Assembly (NCBI GenBank): GCA_035193785.1
Contig: CP136572.1
Coordinates: 2,260,578-2,324,577, forward strand
Length of the DNA stretch: 64,000 bases
Direction: 5' to 3'
Origin: Planktothrix sp. GU0601_MAG3
Lineage (GTDB): Bacteria; Cyanobacteriota; Cyanobacteriia; Cyanobacteriales; Microcoleaceae
Shown piece by piece: positions 24,791 through 36,388 of this stretch. The position numbers and the translations under genes were made by a program. Within the stretch, counting starts at the first letter, position 1; every line of letters begins with the position of its first letter. The notes beneath the pieces were generated by a model that saw nothing but the letters and a program-made list of their open reading frames with translations, was not told the DNA's origin and searched no databases.

Positions 24791-24799
24791 ATTATACCA
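24791..24799 (-). promoter_or_regulatory. Extended -10 promoter (TGnTATAAT) pointing into omegaRNA/TA operon
   Basis: Minus strand TGGTATAAT about 35 nt upstream of element end; divergent TGTTATAAT at 24890-24898. Confidence 0.5.
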
Positions 24800-24936
24800 C
24801 TATTCATCCAATAGGGAATAGATTAAATCTCTAACTTTGTACCAATGCAGATGTTCAGAAACCCGGTTTCTCTTTCCAAAGTTAATGGGTGTTATAATCC
24901 AAATATTCTAATTAATGAGTACCACCCGAAGCAACA

Positions 24937-25179
24937 ATGTCAAGAGAAAATATAGCAACAGTTGTTAAAATCATAGAATCTCTTACAGATGCTCAACAGC
25001 AACAGCTTATTGAGCATTTACGAAAATATATTAGAGATATAAAAAATAAAAACGCCGATTTTGAAGATGAATTGCAGTGGGATCAATCTTTTCAAAAAAA
25101 CCAAAGCAAGTTAGTTGCAGCAGCAAAACTGGCAAAACAACAAATTGCTCAAGGACAAGCACAACCTATGGACTATTAG
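24937..25179 (+). CDS. Orphan antitoxin-like protein
   Basis: 80 aa with DELQWDQSF..LVAAAKLAKQQIAQG; no toxin follows. Confidence 0.6.
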   Translation: MSRENIATVVKIIESLTDAQQQQLIEHLRKYIRDIKNKNADFEDELQWDQSFQKNQSKLVAAAKLAKQQIAQGQAQPMDY

Positions 25180-25284
25180 CAATTTAGACAAAAAATTTTT
25201 GAGAAACCTAGTTTATTGTTCTATTTACCTATATAAAATACCCCTTACCGATCAGGTAAGAGGTAAGAAAAAAAGATCAATTTA

Positions 25285-27911
25285 TCACTCTTGAACAGTT
25301 AACAATTCCAGGGGTAAACGTTTAAAAACCAATCGTTCGTTTTCGATATCCACAAAAATTGTATCCCCATTAATAAACTCACCGCGAAGAATTGCCTTAG
25401 CAATAGGTGTTTCTAATTCCCGTTGAATTGCCCGTTTTAATGGACGAGCGCCATAGACAGGATCATAGCCAGCTTCTGCTAAGAAATCTAAGGCAGAATC
25501 CGATAATTTTAACGTCATTTTTCGTTCTACTAAACGTTTCGATAAACGTTCAACTTGCAGACTCACAATTTGTCGCAATTCGGATTTTTGTAAAGCATGG
25601 AAAATGATCATTTCATCAATTCGGTTGAGAAATTCCGGTCGGAAACTTGCCCGCATTGCTTCTAATACCCGACCCCGCATTTCTTCATATTGGGAATCGG
25701 AAACCCGACACATCTAAAATATACTGTGATCCGACATTACTGGTCATAATAATAATGCTATTTTTGAAATCAACAGTATGACCCTGTGCATCCGTAACCC
25801 TGCCATCATCAAGGATTTGCAACATTATATTAAACACATCGGGATGGGCTTTTTCAATTTCATCAAACAGAATTACAGCGTAGGGACGGCGACGAATTGC
25901 TTCAGTTAATTGCCCCCCTTCATCATAACCAACATACCCTGGAGGTGCGCCAATTAAACGGGAAACCGCGTGTTTTTCCATGTATTCCGACATATCAATT
26001 CGCACCATCGCTTCTTCGGTATCAAATAAATAGGAAGCTAAGGCTTTTGCTAACTCCGTTTTCCCGACTCCTGTGGGGCCTAGAAAGATGAAACTGGCGA
26101 CGGGACGGTTGGGGTCAGACAACCCCGCTCTTGACCGTTGAATGGCATCAGCAACGGCCGTTACCGCCTCATTTTGACCGATAACTCGGTGGTGTAATTC
26201 AGCTTCTAAAGTTAGAAGTTTTTGCATTTCCGACTCGACTAATTTACTAATCGGAATCCCTGTCCATTTTGAGATAATTTCCGCAATATCTGCCTCGGTT
26301 ACTTCCTCGCGTAATAGGGTTTTGCCACTGGTTTGAGTGTTTTCTAATTGGGCTTCTATGGCTTTGAGTTTTTTCTTGAGTTCCTCCATTTTCCCATATT
26401 TTAATTCCGCTGCTCGGTTTAAATCATAGTTACGTTCTGCTTGCTGAATTTCAATATTAACCCGATCAATTTCTTCTTTGATCGATTGAATATCGGTAAT
26501 CACATTTTTCTCGGATTGCCATTGGGAACTCAGGCTTTGTTGTTCTTTCTTTAAGGTTGCTAATTCCGTTTCTATCCGTTCTAAACGTTCTAAAGATGCA
26601 GCATCACTTTCTTTTTTGAGCGATAAACGTTCCATTTCTAATTGCAAAATTCGCCGATCAATTTCATCTAATTCCTCCGGTTTAGATGTAATTTCCATCT
26701 TTAATTTAGCCGCCGATTCATCGACTAAATCAATAGCTTTATCGGGTAAAAAGCGATCGCTAATATATCGAGTTGATAATACCGCCGCCGCCACTAAGGC
26801 ACTATCGGAAATTTTTACCCCATGATGCACTTCATAACGTTCTTTTAATCCGCGTAAAATTGAAATAGTATCTTCCACGGTCGGTTGATCAACATAAACC
26901 TGTTGAAAACGCCGTTCTAAAGCCGGATCTTTTTCAAGATACTTGCGATATTCGTCTAGGGTTGTTGCCCCAATACAACGCAATTCTCCCCGGGCTAACA
27001 TAGGTTTTAATAGGTTCCCAGCATCCATCGCTCCTTGGGTTGCACCCGCCCCGACAACGGTATGAATTTCATCAATAAATAGAATAATTGCCCCGTTAGA
27101 ATCGGTGACTTCTTTTAATACTGCTTTTAGGCGTTCTTCAAATTCCCCTCTGAATTTTGCCCCGGCAATTAATGCCCCCATATCTAAAGCAATTAACCGT
27201 CTTTCTTGCAGAGATTGAGGCACATCTCCGGCAATAATTCGTTGGGCAAGTCCTTCGGCGATCGCAGTTTTACCAACACCTGGTTCCCCAATTAATACCG
27301 GATTATTTTTAGTTTCTGCGGCTTAAAATTTGCACCGTGCGACGAATTTCATCATCTCGTCCAATCACTGGATCAAGTTTGCCTTGACGGGCGGCTTCGG
27401 TTAAATCTCGACCATATTTTTCTAAGGCTTCGTATTTATTTTCGGGTGTTTGATCAGTCACTTTATTGTTTCCTCTAATTTGAGTAATAATAGATTTGAG
27501 TTTGGTTTCATCTAAGTGAAATTCTTGAAATAAAGCCTTGCCAAAACGGTCATCTTTAGTATAAGCTAAAAATAGATGTTCGATGGAAATAAACTCATCT
27601 TTGTATTCTTGGCGATAGGTTTCAGCTTTATCCAGAAGAACATCTAAACTTCGACCTAAATAAACATTAGCAATTGTTCCCGTTATTTTTGGTTGACGAT
27701 TAATAAACCCATCGGTTCTTTCTCTAAATTGAGCAACGGATATTCCTGCTTTACTTAGAATATTTTTAGTTAATCCCTCCTGTTCCAGCAACGCTTTCAT
27801 TAAGTGTTCACTTTCAATTTGTTGCTGTTGGGATTGTTTGACTAAATCGGGAGTCCGGGCTAAGGCTTCCCAGGTTTTTTCTGTAAACTTATTCGGATCG
27901 GTGGGTTGCAT
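25285..27911 (-). CDS. clpB: ATP-dependent chaperone ClpB (frameshifts at 25700 and 27312)
   Basis: Clp-N, two AAA modules (GEPGVGKT after correction; GPTGVGKT), middle coiled coil. Confidence 0.96.
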
Positions 27912-28421
27912 ATTTATCCTCTACTTTGATTGGAAGAAATTGATTGAAAATTAATGATATAGCAATAAACACCAAGGGTCTTTACAACTTTTTTGTGTTC
28001 TTTATATCGTTGTGGTTGAATTAGGATTGATCTTTGTAAGGATACCAGCGCGAACTGCCATATTAGGGAAGTTATAAGTCAAAGATCTCCTCTGACACTT
28101 TCTGACTATATCTGACTTTATTGGAATAGTTTATCTTATTTTCACGACTTTTCTAGTACGGTTCACCGAAAATTAGGCTTTAGGTGTTCGGAAGTCTCAC
28201 CGAGAGAAAAAATACAACAGTTAATCTTAAAATCTGAATATTTAATGGAAATTAATATAATTAAAGTATTTCGGACAGTGATTTATTTTCAATTGAGGGA
28301 GTGAATATCGGGAAATTGGGACATATTCTCAGCTTATAAGGCTAATTTAGACTTTTTTGGGTTTAAAAATCTATTAAAATCCCATTATTCCCGATTCTCA
28401 GCCATAGATTAAGAATAGTTC

Positions 28422-28607
28422 CTAACTTTTAATCATGGTAGAACGTTGGGCTCGACAGGCTATAAAATATTCAACTTCTTGTTCGGTTGTGACCCAGGTT
28501 TTTAAGTTCCCATTCCAGGTAAACTCAATGCGATGTCTAAGTCTTAATTGAGAGACCCGTTGATGAGAAACTTCTAACATTCGAGCTACATCAGATTGTC
28601 TTAACAT
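28422..28607 (-). CDS. Small HTH (excisionase/MerR-like) DNA-binding protein
   Basis: MLRQSDVARMLEVSHQRVSQL HTH pattern. Confidence 0.55.
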   Translation of the reverse strand: MLRQSDVARMLEVSHQRVSQLRLRHRIEFTWNGNLKTWVTTEQEVEYFIACRAQRSTMIKS

Positions 28608-28830
28608 AGAAATTTTTAACCAAAAATGGGGATATTGATTAACAGTAGAAAATCATTTTTTTAACCCTACTGTTAGTCTAATTTGGCTTGATTCTATCAG
28701 GATTCTCTTTAAAAAAAAACAGTATTTATTCGGAAAAATAATTCGGTAAGATCGCATTTTTTCGTGAATTTGCGTAATTCTACTGATCCGATGGAGCAAC
28801 AAAAAGTTATAGGGGAGTAGGGGAGCAGGG

Positions 28831-28973
28831 CAGGGCTGTTTCATTCTCAGGGAAACCCGGGTTTTGTAGGGGTAGTGCCCCCGTGCCTACCCTCCCCATC
28901 CAAGATTTGCAGGCGTTTCAGGGATTGGGGCAACCACGGGGGGATTGCCCCTACAAAGAATGAAACAGCCCTG
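28831..28973 (-). mobile_element. MITE copy 2 (143 bp, inverted)
   Basis: Same TIRs and internal sequence as copies 1 and 3, reverse orientation. Confidence 0.85.
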
Positions 28974-29068
28974 GGGGAGGCAGGGGGAGCAGGGGAGGTA
29001 AACTCTTTTTATTCCCTATTCCCTGTTCCCTGTTCCCTGTCCCCTGTTCCCTGTTCCCTGTTCCCTAT
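28974..29068 (+). repeat. Composite G-rich 9-mer / TTCCCTR heptamer array
   Basis: GGGGAGGCA units, hinge GGTAAACTCTTTTT, then (TTCCCTG)n. Confidence 0.85.
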
Positions 29069-29104
29069 AAAAGATAAATAACCATGATTAAAATTTAACC
29101 AGTG

Positions 29105-30248
29105 TTACTCATCATCCTTAAATTCTTCGCATAAATCCTGTAGGGTTTGATGTTGAAAACGACGGGAAGAACGGCGATATTTCTTACTAGCTAATTTAGG
29201 TTCTAATTGTTGTTTACCTCCTAATTTTGTTTTAGATTTCATATTATTTTCTACATCCGGTTGTTGTTTAATAGCTTCTTGATAGGCGATCGCAGCTTCT
29301 AAAAACTCCAAATAAATCGGATAACGTTCCCAGTCACCCCGGACAATACAATTCGGTTCATCTCGATGGGAACAATCACTAAATTGACATTTTCCAGCAC
29401 GAAAACGGTGTCTTGCTTCAGGAAAATAATCAACTAATTCTTCTGGATGACATTCTAATTCGGGTTGATTAAATCCGGGTGTATCAGCTAATAATCCTCC
29501 GGTTGGTAATTGAAATAATTCAACATGGCGAGTGGTATGTCTTCCCCGTCCCAACTTTCCTGAAACCGTAGCAACTCTTATATTAAGACTGGGAATTAAT
29601 TGATTAATTAAACTAGATTTTCCCACCCCAGAGGGGCCAGAAATCACCGTAGTTTTATCTTTAAGTTGATGAAGTAAAGTATTCTCGTTAAAGGTATTTT
29701 CCGCTTGAAAAAGAGATTTTTCAAGCACTCTACGCTCAGAATCAACCGTATATTCCAAACCGTTATTAACACTAATAAATAAAGGATAATATCCGCAATT
29801 TAATAAGCGATCGCGCCACAATAATAACGCATCTGACGAAACCAAATCACACTTATTCAAACACAAACAGACCTCTAAACCCGTTGATTCAGCTTTAACT
29901 AAAAACCGACTTAAAGCCGTGATTTCTAACTCCGGTTCCGCGATCGCAAAAACCAACAAAATTTGATTCGCATTAGCAATTGGAGGACGACTCAGTTCCG
30001 TAATTCGGGGAAACACCCGAGCAATCGCCCCCCGTTTTCCCGACCAGTCCGGTTCCTCCACCACCACCCGATCCCCGACCATTACCTGCTGACCCATCTT
30101 TTTTAAAAGAGAACGACGGGTACATAACAATAGGGTTTCAGGTGCTAAAACCCGGTCGGATTCGAGTTGAACCTGATAGAAATTCGCTTGAACTGCGACG
30201 ACAGTTCCCACCAGTTTCCGTTCTATTCAAGGGGTCATCACTGATCAT
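29105..30248 (-). CDS. rsgA: Ribosome biogenesis GTPase RsgA (frameshift at GTTTC 30214)
   Basis: NKCD, GPSGVGKSS, GRHTTR, DTPGF, CQFSDCSH..EPNC; corrected ATG overlaps upstream stop. Confidence 0.93.
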
Positions 30249-30511
30249 TGAACAGGTGTAGGGGTGAGGGGACAACGAACCTGAACCGCGAAAAACTCCC
30301 CACAATCCTTGATTTGTTCAATATCATATCCCGCCATCTTTAAACTATCAGGAACCTGTTCAATGGGTTCTCCCCCATCTAACCAAACTTCCAACAGCGA
30401 ACCCGATGTCATCTGTTCCAGGCGCAATTTAGTCCGAACAAAATTCAAAGGACAAGGAGTTCCCCGCAAATCCAATTGAGCATCCGGTTTTAAAATATCA
30501 GCTTCTCTCAT
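30245..30511 (-). CDS. TusA/SirA-family sulfurtransferase
   Basis: LDLRGTPCPLNFVRTK. Confidence 0.88.
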   Translation of the reverse strand: MREADILKPDAQLDLRGTPCPLNFVRTKLRLEQMTSGSLLEVWLDGGEPIEQVPDSLKMAGYDIEQIKDCGEFFAVQVRCPLTPTPVQ

Positions 30512-30568
30512 AAAAACAAGGTATCGAAACAATTAAAATCTGATATGAAATCATTAAATTAGTGCTAC

Positions 30569-30826
30569 AGGGAATAGGGAATAGGGAACAGGGAACAGGG
30601 AACAGGGAACAGGGAACAGGGAATAGGGAATAGGGAACAGGGAACAGGGAACAGGGAATAGGGAATAGGGAATAGGGAATAGGGAATAGGGAATAGGGAA
30701 TAGGGAATAGGGAATAGGGAATAGGGAATAAAAAGAGTTTACCTCCCCTGCTCCCCCTGCCTCCCCTACTCCCCCACTCCCCCTGCCTCCCCTGCCTCCC
30801 CTGCTCCCCCTGCTCCCCCTGCTCCC
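30569..30826 (-). repeat. STRR (GGGAATA/GGGAACA)n plus C-rich 9-mer array
   Basis: More than 20 tandem heptamers, then CCTCCCCTG-type units. Confidence 0.9.
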
Positions 30827-31960
30827 CTACTTCTGATGGAATAAGTTACCCAGAAACCCCTCAAGGCCGCCCTTTCCCGCGCGATCTCCTCGAATTTTGG
30901 CCAATTGTTCCAGCAGTTCCCGTTCTTCCGGTGCTACCTTAGTGGGAATTTCCACCAGAATCGTGATTAAATGATCCCCGCGACTTACCGGATTTCCCAG
31001 ACGGGGAACCCCCTTATTTTCTAGGGTTAATACCGTTCCGGGTTGAGTCCCGGCCGGAATCGTTAACTTAGTGGGGCCATCAACGGTTTCCACCTCAAAA
31101 TTAAAACCGAGGATCGCCTGAAGATAGCTAATTTTGACTTCCGATAGAATATTAATCCCATCCCGTTGAAATTTCGGGTCGGGTGCTACCGATAAGAACA
31201 CATATAAATCCCCTGGTGGGCCACTGCGTTTTCCCGCATCCCCCTCGTTAGCGACCCGTAGACGAGTGCCATTATCCACCCCAGCCGGAACATTAATTTT
31301 TAGTTTCTTCGTGACTTCATTTAAGCCCCGACCGCCACAGGTGGAACATTTATCCTCAATCATCTGTCCTGTACCATTACAGTTCGGACAAACGGAAACC
31401 TGAGTAAAACTGCCAAAGGGAGTTCGAGTCGCCCGCCGGACTTGACCACTCCCGCCACAGGTAGAACAGGTTTGGGGGCGAGTCCCCGGTTTTGCCCCGG
31501 TTCCGGTGCAGGTGTCACAGGTTTCTAAATGCTTGATGCGGATTTCCTTCTCGCCGCCAAAAATCGCCTCTTTGAACTCTAAACGCAGGTCTAGGCGTAG
31601 ATCATCCCCCCGAGCCGGGCCAGTACGTTTACGCGCTTGGGTATTACCGCCCACACCCCCGCCGAACCCACTGAAGAAGCTCTCAAAAATATCGGTAAAC
31701 GGATCGGTAAAGTTGGGGTCAAAGCCACCCGCACCACCACTAGATACCCCGGCTTCTCCAAAGCGGTCATATCGCGCCCGTAACTCCGGTTCTTTTAGCA
31801 CTTCGTAGGCGCGACTAATTTCTTTAAACCGTTCTTCGCTGCCCGCTTCTTTATTTACATCGGGGTGATACTTGCGAGCTAGGCGACGATAGGCACGCTT
31901 AAGTTCTTCTGTATCCGCCTCACGGGAGACACCCAATATTTCATAATAATCGCCTGCCAT
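30827..31960 (-). CDS. dnaJ: Chaperone DnaJ
   Basis: J domain with HPD, G/F region, four CxxCxGxG repeats. Confidence 0.96.
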   Translation of the reverse strand: MAGDYYEILGVSREADTEELKRAYRRLARKYHPDVNKEAGSEERFKEISRAYEVLKEPELRARYDRFGEAGVSSGGAGGFDPNFTDPFTDIFESFFSGFGGGVGGNTQARKRTGPARGDDLRLDLRLEFKEAIFGGEKEIRIKHLETCDTCTGTGAKPGTRPQTCSTCGGSGQVRRATRTPFGSFTQVSVCPNCNGTGQMIEDKCSTCGGRGLNEVTKKLKINVPAGVDNGTRLRVANEGDAGKRSGPPGDLYVFLSVAPDPKFQRDGINILSEVKISYLQAILGFNFEVETVDGPTKLTIPAGTQPGTVLTLENKGVPRLGNPVSRGDHLITILVEIPTKVAPEERELLEQLAKIRGDRAGKGGLEGFLGNLFHQK

Positions 31961-31978
31961 AGAGTATTTTGCCTAAAA

Positions 31979-34048
31979 TTATTCAGTGAATTGAGAGGTA
32001 AAGGGATTGCCCGGATCGGGTGCTGGCTCTGGAACAGAAACAGCATCTATTCCAAAAGGAGTGTCGATGATACCATTATTCACGAGGGATAACCCGCTGC
32101 TGGTATCATCTGTATCTTCCATGTCTTCTATATCTTCTGCATTTTCAGTGTCTTCTGCATCTTCTTGAGTGGCATCCAATTTTGAATCCTCAGAAGCGGA
32201 AGACGAAGACGGGGACGGGGACGGGGAAGAATTCTGGCCAGCTTGTTCATAAATGGCCGAACCCAAAGCATACAACATTTCTTGGAACGATTCCACCTGT
32301 TGTTTCATCTCCTCATAGGAGATCTCGGCATTCGCCACCGCTTTTTTCAAGGAGGCAGCTTCCTGACGGACTCGTTCTTTGAGTTGATCGCTAATCCGGT
32401 TAGCATTTCCTTTCAGGGCTTCTTTACAATTATAGAATAGGGTTTCGGACTGATTTTTCAGATCCGCAACTAAACGCCGTTTTTCATCTTCATCGGCATA
32501 AACTTCTGCTTCTTGACGCATCCGTTCAATTTCCGCTTCGGTCAACCCTCCCGTATTACTAATTTCAATACTTTGTTCCTGTCCCGTGCCCTTATCCTGA
32601 GCCGAAACTTTGAGAATACCATTGGCATCGAGATCAAAGGCGACTTCAATTTGAGGAATACCCCGTTTAGCTGGAGGAATACCACTGAGAAGGAACTTAC
32701 CTAAACTTTTATTATCCTTTGCCATGGCCCGTTCTCCCTGGAGAACATGAATTTCCACGGAGGACTGGCCGTCAACGGCCGTAGAAAACATTTGAGACCG
32801 ACTCGTGGGAATAGTAGTATTGCGTTCAATAATTTTAGTTGAGACTCCCCCGAGGGTTTCTAAACCTAAAGATAAGGGAGTAATATCTAATAACAATAAA
32901 TCCTTCACTTCCCCAGCTAAGACCCCGGCTTGGATGGCGGCACCTAAAGCCACCGCTTCATCGGGGTTGACGGAACGATCTGGAGTGCGACCGCCAAAAT
33001 AATCACTAATGGCCTGTTGTACCGCCGGAATTCGGGTAGACCCCCCGACTAAAATAATCCGATTAATCTGATTTGGTTGTAAACTTGCATCCTTGATGGC
33101 TTGGGCGACGGGTTCAATTGTGCTATCTACGAGATGTTTCACCAACCCCTCAAACTCACCGCGAGTTAGTTCCAGTTCCAAGTGTTTCGGCCCAGAATCA
33201 TCGGAGACAATAAAGGGTAAATTAATGGAAGTGGTGTTGCGATTAGATAACTCAATTTTGGCTTTTTCGGCGGCTTCGCGTAACCTTTGCACCGCCATTT
33301 TTTCCGATGATAGGTTAATTCCTTCCTGGGTTTTGAATTTTTGGATCATCCATTGCACGAGACAGTTATCAAAATCATCCCCACCCAGATGATTATTTCC
33401 CGCCGTTGATTTGACTTCAAAAATCCCGTCTCCGAGTTGCAAAATGGAGACATCAAAAGTTCCGCCCCCGAGGTCAAATACCAAAATTTTCTGTTCTTGA
33501 TCTTGTTTATCTAACCCATAGGAGAGAGCCGCCGCCGTGGGTTCATTGATAATCCGCAGTACGTCTAACCCGGCAATGGTTCCGCCGTCCTTGGTGGCCT
33601 GTCTTTGAGCATCGGTAAAATAGGCGGGAACCGTAATTACTGCTTGGGTGACGGTTTCCCCCAAATAGGCTTCTGCATCTTCTTTGAGCTTTTGCAAGAC
33701 CATGGCCGAGATTTCTTGGGGGGTATAAACTTGGTCGCGAATTTTCACATTCACGGTATTGTCCTTACCCTTCTCGCAGTTATAGGGAACCCGGGAGCGT
33801 TCTTCTTCGGTATCTTCCCAGCGACGCCCGATAAATCGCTTAATACTGTAGACGGTATTTTCCGCATTGGTAACAACTTGTCGCTTGCCTAATTGACCGA
33901 CGAGGCGATCGCCATATTTGCCAAATCCCACAATACTAGGAGTCGTTCGTCCTCCCTCGGAGTTAGAAATTACAATGGGTTGACCCCCTTCCAAGACCGC
34001 CACACAACTATTTGTTGTCCCCAAGTCTATGCCAATGACTTTTCCCAT
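31979..34048 (-). CDS. dnaK: Chaperone DnaK with long acidic C-terminal tail
   Basis: [30 protein letters not shown]. Confidence 0.96.
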   Translation of the reverse strand: MGKVIGIDLGTTNSCVAVLEGGQPIVISNSEGGRTTPSIVGFGKYGDRLVGQLGKRQVVTNAENTVYSIKRFIGRRWEDTEEERSRVPYNCEKGKDNTVNVKIRDQVYTPQEISAMVLQKLKEDAEAYLGETVTQAVITVPAYFTDAQRQATKDGGTIAGLDVLRIINEPTAAALSYGLDKQDQEQKILVFDLGGGTFDVSILQLGDGIFEVKSTAGNNHLGGDDFDNCLVQWMIQKFKTQEGINLSSEKMAVQRLREAAEKAKIELSNRNTTSINLPFIVSDDSGPKHLELELTRGEFEGLVKHLVDSTIEPVAQAIKDASLQPNQINRIILVGGSTRIPAVQQAISDYFGGRTPDRSVNPDEAVALGAAIQAGVLAGEVKDLLLLDITPLSLGLETLGGVSTKIIERNTTIPTSRSQMFSTAVDGQSSVEIHVLQGERAMAKDNKSLGKFLLSGIPPAKRGIPQIEVAFDLDANGILKVSAQDKGTGQEQSIEISNTGGLTEAEIERMRQEAEVYADEDEKRRLVADLKNQSETLFYNCKEALKGNANRISDQLKERVRQEAASLKKAVANAEISYEEMKQQVESFQEMLYALGSAIYEQAGQNSSPSPSPSSSSASEDSKLDATQEDAEDTENAEDIEDMEDTDDTSSGLSLVNNGIIDTPFGIDAVSVPEPAPDPGNPFTSQFTE

Positions 34049-34056
34049 AACTCCTC

Positions 34057-34310
34057 TTATCAGTTATCAGTTATCAGTTATCAGTTATCAGTCGATAGTT
34101 AATAGTTATCAGTTAATAGTTATCAGTTAATAGTTATCAGTTGTCCGTTAAAAATTATTTTCAGTTATCAGTTATCAGTTATTATCGGTAAACAGTGATC
34201 AGTCAAGAACTATTATCGATCAATAACTAGATATCGACTGATAACTATTAACTATTAACTATCGACTGACAACTATTAACTGATAACTGATAACTGACAA
34301 CTGACAACTG
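34057..34310. repeat. STRR heptamer arrays in inverted arrangement
   Basis: (TTATCAG)n on the left, (CTGATAA/CTGACAA)n on the right. Confidence 0.85.
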
Positions 34311-34311
34311 A

Positions 34312-35056
34312 TTAAGGGGTTTCTGCTTCTGCCGTCGATGCTTCTGTCGAATCGGAAGCACCGGGTTCTGGAGCGGTTGCTACCTTCACCATGGCATGAC
34401 GTAACACCTTTTCTCCCAATTGATAACCGTGCATTAAATCCTCAATCACCGTTCCTTCCGGGTAGGCATCCGTAGGTTTCTCGCATCACCGCTTCATGTA
34501 AACTCGGGTCAAAAGGCTCGCCTTCTGGACGCATTACCGCTACCCCAAGTTGTTTGAGGGAATCTACCATTAACTTATAAACCCCCTGGTAACTTTTGTG
34601 GATATTCATTTCCGCATCCGTCTGGGGTTTAATTTGAGATCTAGCCCGATCAAAGTTATCCACCACGGGGAGTAAAGCCTTCAGGGTTGACCCTTTAATG
34701 GAAATTTCTAAATCTTCTTTTTCCTTTTGAGTCCGTTTGCGGAAGTTCTCAAAATCTGCGGCTAAACGGCGATATTGCCCCGTGACGTCTTCTAGTTGAG
34801 CTTTCAAGGAAGTATTGGCCTCTGCTAAGGCCATGAATTCTTGATGAAGGCCCTCCCCGCTTGATTCTATTTCCTGACCAAAGGTGGTTTCGGGGGGAAC
34901 AGTCGCATCCGTTGCCACGGAAGTGTCAGAGGCTGATTCTGTCGCCGTTGTAGCATCATCTTCAAGATCGCCAAAGCTTTTCGCTTCCGATTCGGAGGTT
35001 GAATAGGATTGACCCGTTAGTTCATCAGGAGTATTAGCCGTTGAATTAGGCACCAT
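34312..35056 (-). CDS. grpE: Nucleotide exchange factor GrpE (frameshift at GTTTC 34476)
   Basis: [32 protein letters not shown]; corrected frame gives [15 protein letters not shown]. Confidence 0.93.
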
Positions 35057-35262
35057 AATCGTACATTGTCCTTGTTGATCACAAAAAATCCAGCGAGATT
35101 TCCTAAACCTGCAAGATATTAGGAGCGACCTCACCCTTTATGACTGTAAACGTTACTTCAAAAATTTTAACTGAATCGGAGTCATTCATCCCACCTCAGA
35201 GGGAACACCGCAACACCACAACGGGTAAGTACCTAAACAAAATTAATTACAAATCCTCTATC

Positions 35263-35322
35263 GGTGTTCCCAGATCCGGTGTTCCCAGATTTGGCATTCC
35301 CAGATCCGGTGTTCCCAGATCC
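35263..35322 (+). repeat. Four tandem 15-bp units GGTGTTCCCAGATCC
   Basis: Direct inspection; two units carry substitutions. Confidence 0.85.
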
Positions 35323-35393
35323 GGTTTAATTAATATTAAACGAGATTGCGAAATGCCCGATCAAATGTTATCTTAATGAAAGATGATTAATAT

Positions 35394-36224
35394 ATGGCAG
35401 CAATGTTCAACGTTCTCAAGGTAAGATTATATCCAAACAGAGAACAGGAGGTGGCTCTAGCTAAAAACTTTGGCTGCTGTCGTTTTGTTTGGAATTATTA
35501 CCTAGAGAAGACTAACAATCAGTATAAGGAAACAGGAGCCGGGTTGAATTATTGCGAGATGGCTGCATATTTAACCCAACTTAAAAAGTTACCTGATTAC
35601 TTATTTCTACAGGAAGCTACTGCTGCTATATTACATCAATCATTAAAGAATTTAGAATCGGCTTTCCAGAACTTCTACCAAAAAAAAGCCAGATTTCCTA
35701 AATTCAAAAGCAAGCATAAAAAACAATCAATTCGTTATCCCGAAAGTTTTTCAATCAAAGGAAACGGCGTAAAATTTCCCAAACTAGGGATTATTAAAGC
35801 CAGCATCCCCAAAATAATTAGCAGCAAAATAAAATCTGTTACCGTTTCAAAAACAAGTACAGATAAATATTTTGCTGGTATTTTATTTGAAACTGATGAT
35901 TTAACCCTTGGTAAAACAGGGAAAATCTCAGGAATTGATTTAGGGTTAACGAGTTTATTAACAGTGTTTGATGGTGAAACTTGTATAAAAGTTGATCCGA
36001 TTAAACCCACTAGAAAATATGCCCAGCGACTGAGAAAGAGACAACAATCATTATCACGAAAAACCACAGGTTCTAACAACCGCAAAAAGCAAGTTAAAAG
36101 AGTTGCTAAGGTTCACGAAAAGATAGCAAATACTAGGCAAGACTTCGGTGCTTGCACTAAAAAGCATTCTTCCGTGAAACAATAATCCCCCGTCGATCGC
36201 CTGAGTTTGACGGTGGAGTGTCAA
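35394..36224 (+). mobile_element. tnpB: Internally deleted IS605-type tnpB with retained right end
   Basis: KVRLYPN..FGCCRFVWN, FPKFKSK, RuvC-I GIDLG; homology stops at ANTRQDF; right-end hairpin CCGTC..GACGG ending GTGTCAA at 36224. Confidence 0.85.
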
Positions 36225-36388
36225 CATCAATATAGATTATGGATAAATTAATCAACTTCAGGAGATAGAATCCGTGTTAAAACCCAGATAAATCGCAGAT
36301 GAAAGCGGTGATATTCTGGAGACTTGGCTCTTAGATGGGTCTGAGAATCGGCTAGAAAATTTAAAAATATATACCTTAAGTCTAGGCT

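Noticed and set aside
30245..30511. TusA-like and cysteine synthase genes as a phosphorothioation locus
   Set aside because: Ordinary housekeeping context; no dndB/C/D/E or ssp genes in the window
31506..34102. Antisense ORFs within dnaJ/dnaK and other long genes
   Set aside because: Shadow ORFs opposite well-supported genes
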